A DNA stretch of 64,000 nucleotides from Candidatus Nanopelagicales bacterium (GTDB lineage: Bacteria > Actinomycetota > Actinomycetes > S36-B12 > GCA-2699445), in NCBI GenBank assembly GCA_046330625.1, contig JAXLSJ010000007.1, forward strand, positions 50,362 to 114,361, in the 5' to 3' direction. The notes under the pieces are model-generated. The model ran no database searches and had not been told where the DNA came from. It saw only the letters and a list, made by a program, of their open reading frames with translations. Shown piece by piece: positions 32,839 to 41,797 of this stretch. Within the stretch, counting starts at the first letter, position 1. The number at the start of each line of letters is the position of its first letter. Both the position numbers and the translations under genes were made by a program.

Positions 32839-34428
32839 CTAGGAGACGAGGTCGACGGCGCGACCGTAGCCCGCACCGATCTGCTCGACGATCGTGTCCA
32901 GCGTCGCGGCCGGCACGGCCGAGTCGACGGTGAGCACGGTCAGCGCGCGGCCGCCGGCGTCCGTGCGGCCGACCTGCATGCCGGCGATGTTGATCCCGGC
33001 GTCGCCGAGGATCTGTCCCAGCTTGCCGACCACCCCGGGACGGTCGACGTAGCCCAGGAACGCCATGTGGTCGGTGATGGCCACTTCGACGTCGTACTCG
33101 TCGATCCGGACCAGCCGGGCCTCGTCCTTGGGCCCCACGACAGTTCCGGCGACACACACCCGGCCACCGTCGACCTGAGTAGTGGTCACCGTGACCACCG
33201 AGCGGTGATCGGCGGTGTCCGGGGTGGAGTCCAGATGCACCTCGATACCGCGGGCCTTGGCCATGACCGGGGCGTTGACGTAAGAGACCGGGTCGTCGAC
33301 CAACTGGCCGAAGACACCCTTGAGGGCGGAGAGCTCAAGGACGCGGACATCCTCGGCCGCCACCTCGCCCTGAACCTCGACGTCGATGCGCTCGATGGCG
33401 CTGCCCGAAAGCTTGCAGGCGATCGCGCCGAGCTTCTCGGCGAGCGGCAGCAGCGGCCGCACCGGCTCGGCCAGGACTCCGCCTTGCACGTTCACAGCGT
33501 CGGGCACCAGTTCGCCACCGAGAGCGAGTCGCACCGAGCGGGCCACCGAGATCCCGGCCTTCTCCTGGGCCTCGTCGGTGCTGGCTCCCAGGTGGGGAGT
33601 GGCGACGACGGTGTCCAGCTGGAACAGCGGGGAGTCGGTGCAGGGTTCCGACGCGTACACGTCGAGCCCCGCCCCCGCGACCCGACCATCGACGAGCGCG
33701 TCGTACAGCGCCTGTTCGTCGACGATGCCGCCGCGCGCGGCGTTGATGATACGCACCTCGGGCTTGACCTTGTGCAGTGCCTCGTCGCCGATGAGGCCGA
33801 GGGTCTCGGGCGTCTTGGGCAGGTGGACGGTGATGAAGTCCGACACCGACAGCAGTTCGTCGAGGTCGACCATGCGGACCCCCAGCTGGGCCGCGCGCGC
33901 CGGCTGCACGTAGGGGTCGTAGGCGACCAACTGGACGCCGAAAGCGCTGAGCCGCTGCGCGACCAGGACGCCGATGCGCCCGAGGCCGACCACGCCGACG
34001 ACCTTGTCGGCGAGTTCGACGCCGCTGTACTTGGAGCGTTTCCACTCCCCCTGGCGCAGTGCCTCGTTGGCGGGCACGACATTGCGGGCAGACGCCAACA
34101 GCAGCGCGACGGCCAGTTCGGCGGCGCTGAGGATGTTCGAGGTGGGCGCGTTGACGACCATGACCCCGGCCTCGGTGGCGGCCTTCACATCGACGTTGTC
34201 GAGGCCGACCCCGGCACGGGCTACGACCTTGAGGTTCTTGGCCGCGGCAATCGCCTCGGCGTCCACCTTCGTGGCAGACCGGACCAGGATCGCGTCGACG
34301 TCGGCGATGGCCGGGATCAGTTCCTCGCGGTTCGCGCCGTCGCAATAGCGGATCTCGAAGTCGGGCCCGAGGGCCTCGACGGTGGCGGGAGAGAGTTCCT
34401 CGGCGATCAGCACAACGGGCTTGGTCAT
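32839..34428 (-). CDS. serA: D-3-phosphoglycerate dehydrogenase
   Basis: 529 aa. GVVGLGRIGVLVAQR NAD site, C-terminal ACT domain (long SerA form). Confidence 0.94.
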   Translation of the reverse strand: MTKPVVLIAEELSPATVEALGPDFEIRYCDGANREELIPAIADVDAILVRSATKVDAEAIAAAKNLKVVARAGVGLDNVDVKAATEAGVMVVNAPTSNILSAAELAVALLLASARNVVPANEALRQGEWKRSKYSGVELADKVVGVVGLGRIGVLVAQRLSAFGVQLVAYDPYVQPARAAQLGVRMVDLDELLSVSDFITVHLPKTPETLGLIGDEALHKVKPEVRIINAARGGIVDEQALYDALVDGRVAGAGLDVYASEPCTDSPLFQLDTVVATPHLGASTDEAQEKAGISVARSVRLALGGELVPDAVNVQGGVLAEPVRPLLPLAEKLGAIACKLSGSAIERIDVEVQGEVAAEDVRVLELSALKGVFGQLVDDPVSYVNAPVMAKARGIEVHLDSTPDTADHRSVVTVTTTQVDGGRVCVAGTVVGPKDEARLVRIDEYDVEVAITDHMAFLGYVDRPGVVGKLGQILGDAGINIAGMQVGRTDAGGRALTVLTVDSAVPAATLDTIVEQIGAGYGRAVDLVS

Positions 34429-34457
34429 GACGGTCCTTCATGTCTGCGGCACACGAA

Positions 34458-34476
34458 ATCCGGCCCAAGGCCGGAT
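34458..34476 (-). terminator. short GC hairpin downstream of the AIM24-like gene
   Basis: ATCCGGCC-CAA-GGCCGGAT, 8-bp stem, about 60 nt after the stop at 34537. Weak T-rich tail on the minus strand. Confidence 0.35.
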
Positions 34477-34536
34477 CGCCACCATTCTACCCCGGTGCTT
34501 GTGAACGCATTCACGAGCGACCGAGGGCCCTATGGC

Positions 34537-35226
34537 TCAGTTGTTCTTGGGAAGTTTCGGCAACAGCCACCCGAGGAACGCCTCGGGAGAACGGGTCTGC
34601 AGGTAGACGGTCCCCGGTCCGGTGAGATCGGCCACGAGTCCCTCGCCGGACAGGAACGTGCTCTTCCAGTTGCCGACCTTTCGGACGTTGTAGGTGATGC
34701 CCTCGGACCACCCGACCACGTGGCCGGAGTCGATGGTGAACGTCTCGCCGGCCTGCAGTTGACGGGAGTCCAGGGCGCCGTAGGCGCTGATGATCAGCTG
34801 ACCGGAGCCAGTGCACTTGAGGATGAACAGTCCTTCGCTGGAGAAGAACGTCTTGGCACCGCCCCAACTGGAGTCGACATCGACGCCGAGCGCCGACGCG
34901 AGGTACGAGCCGGACTGCAGATACACGGTCTGACCGGTCAGGTCCCACACCACGACATCGCCCGGCAGATCCGGTGAGAACGACACCTCGCCACCCTGCG
35001 GTCCCGCGGTGAACGTGTTCATGAAGAACGACTCGCCCCCCAGCACGGAGCGCTTGAGTCCCTTCATGATGCCGCCCTGGGTGCTGGTCTCGATGCTGAC
35101 GTTCTGCATCGACACCATGGCGCCGGCCTCGGCCTTGACGACCTCGCTGGGAGACAGCGTGACCTCGGCCACGGCGAACGACGGGGAGAACTTGACGGTT
35201 GTCTGCATGGTTCCAGTGTGCCCCAT
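34537..35226 (-). CDS. AIM24 / TIGR00266 (DUF124) family protein
   Basis: AEVTLSPSEVVKAEAGAMVSM...SVLGGESFFMNTFTAGPQGGEVSFSP...TGSGQLIISAYGA... Confidence 0.75.
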   Translation of the reverse strand: MGHTGTMQTTVKFSPSFAVAEVTLSPSEVVKAEAGAMVSMQNVSIETSTQGGIMKGLKRSVLGGESFFMNTFTAGPQGGEVSFSPDLPGDVVVWDLTGQTVYLQSGSYLASALGVDVDSSWGGAKTFFSSEGLFILKCTGSGQLIISAYGALDSRQLQAGETFTIDSGHVVGWSEGITYNVRKVGNWKSTFLSGEGLVADLTGPGTVYLQTRSPEAFLGWLLPKLPKNN

Positions 35227-35264
35227 GGAGCAGTTACCTTAGGTAGTCGATCCGGGGAGGATTC

Positions 35265-36647
35265 ATGGAGAAGCGCACGGCAACCCGCACCCTGACCGCC
35301 GCCGCGGTGGTCGTGGGCCTGGGGGCCACGGGACTCGTCGGAACACCCGCGTCGGCAGGTGGGCCCGACACCTGGTCGACCGTCGATGACACCGGGATCG
35401 TGAACACCATCCGGCCGGGGCTGCAGCGCCAGGGCAGTTCGCTGCGCGTGGTCTGGACCCGCTCCGGCACACCACCGACGCTGTGGGCCCGCACCGTCAC
35501 CGCGGCGGGCGCCCTGCAGCCGACCTCCTCGATCATCTCCGCCGCCCAGAAGTGGAGCACCCTGGCCCACGACCCGGTCCCGCTGGGAACCTCGACAGCC
35601 CTGGCCGGCATCCGCGACGTCCCCGGCAAGCGGTGGCTCGGATATGGATTCCTGGCCTCCGCCGGCGGCAGCATCACCGGGACACTCAGCAATTCCGACT
35701 ACGCCTACGAGGGCGACCACGATGCCACGTCCATCGACGGCAAGGTCGTGTTCGCGTGGTCCCACGACGGGGCCGTGAAGATCCACCGCGGCCTCACCAC
35801 GGGCTTCGACCACACCGTCACCAACGGCGGCTGCTGCACCTATTTCCCCGCCATCAAGCGGGGCTCGGCCGCGCACACCGCCTGGATCGCGTGGTGGTCG
35901 AACAGCAACACGCAGACCGAGCGTGGGTGGCAGGTGCGACCGGTGAGCAACCTCGACAAGTTCACCCCCACCTTCGGCACCCGGCGCTCGGCCCCGGGGA
36001 CGCTGACCGGGGGCGACTCCGTGTCGCCCAGCCAGCGCGCGGCGCTCGCCCGCCGCCCGGGCGGCGACGTCTGGCTCGCCTATCCCCTGGGCTACCCGAG
36101 CCCTCGCACGGTGCGGGTCTGGCACGTGGGCACCGGCGATTTCCGTGATGTGCCCACCGGCAGCCCGATCAACCACGTCGGCCTGTCCGCGGATGGTTCG
36201 GGCCGGCTGTGGCTGTCCTACGCCCGCAGCGACGGCCGTGTCGGCGTGGCCCGGTCCCGCCCGGACGTGTCCCGGTTCGGCAGCGCGAACGTGCGTGCGG
36301 TCCCGGGCGGCACTGCCTACAGCACCGCCATCTCGGCACAATCCGGACGCGCCGACGTCGTGGTCAACACCGGCAGCCAGATCCGGCACACCCAGTTCCT
36401 GCCGGCCCTGTCGGCGGTGGCGAAGGTCGGCAAGAAGAAGAAGCACGCCACCAAGTTGAAGGTGACCATCACCGATGCCGGCACGGCACTGTCGGGAGCC
36501 ACGGTCGCGGTCAAGAAGGTGGGCAGCAAGACCACCAACGCCAAGGGAGTGGCCGCGTTCTCGGTACCCATGCCCCGCAAGAAGGTCGCGATCACCGTGA
36601 CCGCGCCGGGCTACGACGGAGCGAAGCTCAAGAAGCGTCTGCGATAG
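35265..36647 (+). CDS. secreted hypothetical protein (beta-rich domain plus C-terminal Ig/CarboxypepD_reg-like domain)
   Basis: GGGGAGG SD. Signal peptide MEKRTATRTLTAAAVVVGLGATGLVGTPASA. Lys-rich C-terminal module KLKVTITDAGTALSGATVAVKKVGSKTTNAKGVAAFSV. Confidence 0.55.
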   Translation: MEKRTATRTLTAAAVVVGLGATGLVGTPASAGGPDTWSTVDDTGIVNTIRPGLQRQGSSLRVVWTRSGTPPTLWARTVTAAGALQPTSSIISAAQKWSTLAHDPVPLGTSTALAGIRDVPGKRWLGYGFLASAGGSITGTLSNSDYAYEGDHDATSIDGKVVFAWSHDGAVKIHRGLTTGFDHTVTNGGCCTYFPAIKRGSAAHTAWIAWWSNSNTQTERGWQVRPVSNLDKFTPTFGTRRSAPGTLTGGDSVSPSQRAALARRPGGDVWLAYPLGYPSPRTVRVWHVGTGDFRDVPTGSPINHVGLSADGSGRLWLSYARSDGRVGVARSRPDVSRFGSANVRAVPGGTAYSTAISAQSGRADVVVNTGSQIRHTQFLPALSAVAKVGKKKKHATKLKVTITDAGTALSGATVAVKKVGSKTTNAKGVAAFSVPMPRKKVAITVTAPGYDGAKLKKRLR

Positions 36648-37410
36648 GTTCCATCACCCAGAAGGCGGCCCCGGCCGGGTCGGTGAGGCCCGCCATCAGC
36701 CCGTACTCCGTCTCGAACGGCGGGATCGGCACCGCACCCCCGGTGTCTGCGGCCGCGGCGACCGCTCGGCTCATGTCGGCCACCATGAACGTGATCAGCC
36801 AGTGCGACGGGACGTCCTCGGCGCCCATCAGGCCGCCGATGCCACCGCGGGGACGGGGATCGTCACCGGCGGCGAACGTCGTGTAATCGTCCGGAGCCAT
36901 CGCGACGGAGTCATAGGTGTAGGAGAAGACCTGGCCGTAGAACTCGCGGGCGATGTCCGGGCCGCTGGACCTGAGGTCCTCCCACACGAGCCCGCCCGGC
37001 TGGTTGGCGGCGCCGCCGGGGAACGTCCCTGCCTGCCAGACCCCGAACACCGCGCCGGTCGGATCCTGCGCCACGAACATGCGACCCAGATCGGACACAT
37101 CCATCGGCGGCGCCAGCACGGTGCCCCCCGCCTCGGCCACGCGCGCAGCGGCCGCGTCGGCGTCGTCGGAGGCGATGTACATGGTCCACGCCGTCCGGGA
37201 ACCCGGCTGCAACGGCCCCATCCCCGCCATGGGCAGGCCGTCGACCATCCCCATGACGTAGCCGCCGTACTCGGCGTTCGGTTCGGTGAAGGTCCACCCC
37301 AGCACCTGGGAGTAGAACGGCTGCACGGAAGCCGGGTCGGCCACCATCAGGTCAGTCCAGCAAGGGACGCCGGCGGGGTAGGGCTCGGTGGGGATCGTCA
37401 TGCGCCCCAT
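36628..37410 (-). CDS. VOC (glyoxalase/bleomycin-resistance fold) family protein
   Basis: Two VOC-like halves (PCWTDLMVADPASVQPFYSQVLGW; WEDLRSSGPDIAREFYGQVF). ATG 37401 is an alternative start. Confidence 0.72.
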   Translation of the reverse strand: MGRMTIPTEPYPAGVPCWTDLMVADPASVQPFYSQVLGWTFTEPNAEYGGYVMGMVDGLPMAGMGPLQPGSRTAWTMYIASDDADAAAARVAEAGGTVLAPPMDVSDLGRMFVAQDPTGAVFGVWQAGTFPGGAANQPGGLVWEDLRSSGPDIAREFYGQVFSYTYDSVAMAPDDYTTFAAGDDPRPRGGIGGLMGAEDVPSHWLITFMVADMSRAVAAAADTGGAVPIPPFETEYGLMAGLTDPAGAAFWVMEPIADAS

Positions 37411-37452
37411 CCCACCCGATCGTCAGGCCGGTGTCCAGACCCCACCACCGGA

Positions 37453-38514
<1,062 letters not shown>

Positions 38515-38557
38515 TCATCACAGGGTAAAGGGCGGACGGAGGTCGGAATCCACAAGG

Positions 38558-39073
38558 TCAGGCGGAGCGCAGCGAGCGGTCCCCGATCCCCTTGGCGCCA
38601 CGGCTCACGGCGACGGCCCCGGACTGCACCAGTTCCTTGATGCCGTAGGGCTCGAGCACCTTGAGCATGGCCTGCAGCTTGCCGGCGCTGCCGGTGGCCT
38701 CGATCGTGACCGCCTCGGGCGCGACGTCGACCACTTTGGCCCGGAACAGCTGCACGGTCTCGAGGATGTGACTGCGGGTGTCGCGGGTGGCGGTGACCTT
38801 AACGAGGATGAGCTCGCGCTGCACGGAACGCTCCTCGTCCAGTTCGATGATCTTGATGACGTTGATCAGCTTGTTCAGCTGCTTGGTCACCTGCTCGCGG
38901 GGCAGGTCCTCGACACTGACCACGATGGTCATGCGCGAGATCCCCGCCTGCTCGGTCGGGCCCACGGCCAGCGACTCGATGTTGAACCCGCGGCGCGAGA
39001 ACAGACCCGCGATGCGGGCCAGCACGCCGGGGACGTCCTCGACGAGGACGGAGAGAGTGTGTCGGTTCGTCAT
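38558..39073 (-). CDS. ilvN: acetolactate synthase small subunit
   Basis: Internal ATG 39073 gives MTNRHTLSVLVEDVPGVLARIAGLFSRRGFNIESLAVGPTE (ACT domain). Confidence 0.93.
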   Translation of the reverse strand: MTNRHTLSVLVEDVPGVLARIAGLFSRRGFNIESLAVGPTEQAGISRMTIVVSVEDLPREQVTKQLNKLINVIKIIELDEERSVQRELILVKVTATRDTRSHILETVQLFRAKVVDVAPEAVTIEATGSAGKLQAMLKVLEPYGIKELVQSGAVAVSRGAKGIGDRSLRSA

Positions 39074-39075
39074 GG

Positions 39076-40818
39076 TCAGACCTCTCGTTCCCACTGCGGG
39101 GCCAGATCGCGGGCATGTTTGATGTCGTCGTTGCTGGCGCCGGCGGCGACCATCGGCCACACCATGGCGTCCTTGTGCACCTGGAAGTCGATGACCACCG
39201 GCCGGTCGGTGATCGACTGCGCCTTCTCGATGACCGCATCGACGTCGTCGGGGTTGTCGCAGCGCAGCCCCACGCAGCCATAAGCCTCGGCCAACTTCAC
39301 GAAGTCGGGGAACTGGTGGGTGTGCAGGTCCGTGTTGGAATACCGCTCGTTGTAGAACAGCGTCTGCCACTGACGCACCATGCCCAGCGCCCCGTTGTTG
39401 ATCAACGCCACCTTGATCGGGATGTCATTGATCGTGCAGGTCGCCAGCTCCTGGTTGGTCATCTGGAAACACCCGTCGCCGTCGACGGCCCAAACCGTTG
39501 CGTCGGGACGCCCGACCTTCGCGCCCATCGCCGCCGGGACCGCGTACCCCATGGTCCCCGCCCCCCCGGAGTTGAGCCAGGTCCGCGGAGAGTCGAACTC
39601 GATGAACTGCGCCGACCACATCTGATGCTGGCCGACTCCGGCGGCGAAGATCGTGTCGGGACCGGACAGCGCCGACAGTCGCTCGATCACGTACTGCGGC
39701 GACAGGGACCCATCATCGGGCTGGTCGTAACCCAGCGGGTAGGTACCGGTCCAGTGATCGATCGTGAGCCACCAGTCCGCATAGTCAGGTTCGTCGCCGG
39801 CGTCCAACCGCGCCTGGATAGCGTCGGCCAGGGCGACGATGATCGCCTTGGCATCGCCCACGATCGGGATGTCGACGGGCTTGTTCTTGCCGATCTCGGC
39901 GGGATCGATGTCGGCATGGATGATCTTCGCCTCGGGCGCGAACGACGCCAACCGCCCCGTCACCCGATCGTCGAACCGGGTGCCGATGGCGATCATCACG
40001 TCGGCCCGCTGCAACGCCCCCACCGCGGCGACTGTCCCGTGCATGCCCGGCATCCCCAGGTTCTGCCGGTGGTCGTCGGGGAACGAACCCAGCGCCATCA
40101 GGGTGGTGACCACGGGGATGTCGGTCAATTCCGCCAGCCGTCGCAGTTCGTCCGCCGCATCGGCCTTGATGACCCCACCGCCCACGTACAGCACCGGACG
40201 CTGCGCCGACATGATCATCGATGCGGCTGCGCGGACCTGCCGGGCGTGCGGGTTGGTGGTCGGCTTGTAACCGGGCAGCTGGACCCGCTCCGGCCACCGG
40301 AACGTCGTCATCGCCTGCAGGGCGTCCTTGCTGATGTCCACCAGGACTGGACCGGGGCGACCGGTCGGGGCGATGTGGAAAGCCTCGGCGATGGCCTGCG
40401 GGATCTCGTCAGGATCGGTGATGAGGTAGTTGTGCTTGGTGACCGGCATCGTGATGCCGCGGATGTCCGCCTCCTGGAAAGCGTCGGTGCCGATGGCCGC
40501 ACTCGGCACCTGACCGGTGATGGCGACGATCGGGACCGAGTCCATGTACGCGTCCGCGATGGCGGTCACCAGGTTGGTCGCCCCCGGCCCGGACGTGGCC
40601 ATACACACCCCGACCTTGCCGGTGGCGGTGGCGTAGCCCTCGGCGGCGTGTCCGGCGCCCTGCTCGTGACGCACCAGGATGTGCCGGATCTGGGTGGAGT
40701 CCATGATCGGGTCGTAGGCCGGCAGGATCGCCCCCCCGGGGATCCCGAACACCACCTCGACACCCGCGTGCTCCAAGGCGCGAACCAGGCTCTGGGATCC
40801 GGTGATCTGCTCTGTCAT
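39076..40818 (-). CDS. ilvB: acetolactate synthase large subunit
   Basis: Internal ATG 40818 gives [37 protein letters not shown]... ThDP motif [17 protein letters not shown]...DGDGCFQM. Confidence 0.94.
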   Translation of the reverse strand: MTEQITGSQSLVRALEHAGVEVVFGIPGGAILPAYDPIMDSTQIRHILVRHEQGAGHAAEGYATATGKVGVCMATSGPGATNLVTAIADAYMDSVPIVAITGQVPSAAIGTDAFQEADIRGITMPVTKHNYLITDPDEIPQAIAEAFHIAPTGRPGPVLVDISKDALQAMTTFRWPERVQLPGYKPTTNPHARQVRAAASMIMSAQRPVLYVGGGVIKADAADELRRLAELTDIPVVTTLMALGSFPDDHRQNLGMPGMHGTVAAVGALQRADVMIAIGTRFDDRVTGRLASFAPEAKIIHADIDPAEIGKNKPVDIPIVGDAKAIIVALADAIQARLDAGDEPDYADWWLTIDHWTGTYPLGYDQPDDGSLSPQYVIERLSALSGPDTIFAAGVGQHQMWSAQFIEFDSPRTWLNSGGAGTMGYAVPAAMGAKVGRPDATVWAVDGDGCFQMTNQELATCTINDIPIKVALINNGALGMVRQWQTLFYNERYSNTDLHTHQFPDFVKLAEAYGCVGLRCDNPDDVDAVIEKAQSITDRPVVIDFQVHKDAMVWPMVAAGASNDDIKHARDLAPQWEREV

Positions 40819-40938
40819 CTGTCCTGTCCGTTCGGTCGGGCCCGCATCCGCCTCAGGCCGCCTCCCTCGCGGGGGTCTCCCGCTAGCCGGAGGCGGCCTG
40901 TCGTCCCCGGGACCCGCATGGTGGCGGACCCCGGAAAC

Positions 40939-40973
40939 GAAAAACCCCCCGGCCTGTTGAGGCACCGGAGGGT
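40939..40973 (-). terminator. rho-independent terminator / attenuator in the ilvB leader
   Basis: Minus strand CCCTCCGG-(12 nt)-CCGGGGGG followed by TTTTT. Preceded by hairpin CGCGTCGAC-CACAA-GTCGACGCG, within GCGCGTCGACTTGTGGTCGACGCGC on the plus strand (40975..40999). Confidence 0.55.
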
Positions 40974-40998
40974 TGCGCGTCGACTTGTGGTCGACGCG

Positions 40999-41028
40999 CT
41001 AGGTGATTACGAGGCGTGGGCTTCGCAC
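40999..41028 (-). CDS. candidate leader peptide of ilvBNC (MRSPRLVIT)
   Basis: GTG CGA AGC CCA CGC CTC GTA ATC ACC TAG. The stop abuts hairpin 1. TTGACG-18 nt-AATAGT lies just upstream with 6 nt to the GTG, so the transcript may be leaderless. Confidence 0.35.
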   Translation of the reverse strand: MRSPRLVIT

Positions 41029-41098
41029 GTACCCACTATTGCCCCTGGCGGCGAGTCACGTCAAGTCCATACGGCCCGTTCCGCCGTATCCTCGGACC

Positions 41099-41743
41099 AT
41101 GGGCGTGCGCTGGCTGCGACTGTCGAGTGCCGCCGTGGTCGTCGGGTGGGTGCTGGTGTCGGTCGGCGGCGCGGTGAACCCGGGATTCAAGCAGTACGAG
41201 CAGTACCTGAGCGCCCTGTCGGCCGACGGCACATCGTCCCCCGGATGGGGTCGGGGTGCGCTGATCGTGGTCGGGGTCGGCTTGGCCACCCTGATCCCCG
41301 TCCTGATCCCGTGGTGCCGGATCTGCGCGGGCTGGACGGCCGTGGCAGCGCTCGGCGCGATCGCCGTCGCCCTCGTGCCCATGCCCTGCCCGTCGGGGGA
41401 ACGGTTCTGCGCGACGCCCCCGACCGGGGCGTGGGAGCCGGTGACCCATGCCGCCACGGTGACCGTGTTCACCGTCGCGGTGGCGGCGGCCCTGGTCGCC
41501 GGCGCGTGTCGCCTCCGCGAACTCACGCCGGGCCGACGCCTCACCTGGTCGGCGGTTGCGGCCGGCGCCACGCTGGCCTGCGCGCCGATGCTCCTGTCGC
41601 TGTCGGGGCTCCCCCAGCGACTCGCCCTGCTGGCCGGCCAACTCGCTCTTCTGGCCTTCGCTCACGTGGCGCTGTCGGACCGCGTCAGAGTCGAACGGCG
41701 CGAGGCCGGTGCTGCCGCACGCCGGCTGCCGGTGCGCCTCTGA
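41099..41743 (+). CDS. DUF998-like integral membrane protein
   Basis: Internal ATG 41099. About 6 hydrophobic helices. NPGFKQYEQYLSALSADG resembles DUF998. Confidence 0.55.
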   Translation: MGVRWLRLSSAAVVVGWVLVSVGGAVNPGFKQYEQYLSALSADGTSSPGWGRGALIVVGVGLATLIPVLIPWCRICAGWTAVAALGAIAVALVPMPCPSGERFCATPPTGAWEPVTHAATVTVFTVAVAAALVAGACRLRELTPGRRLTWSAVAAGATLACAPMLLSLSGLPQRLALLAGQLALLAFAHVALSDRVRVERREAGAAARRLPVRL

Positions 41744-41797
41744 GGAAGTTTCGGGGTTCCGCGATGCCCGGGCGCGCCACGCGGCAGGATTCATCTC

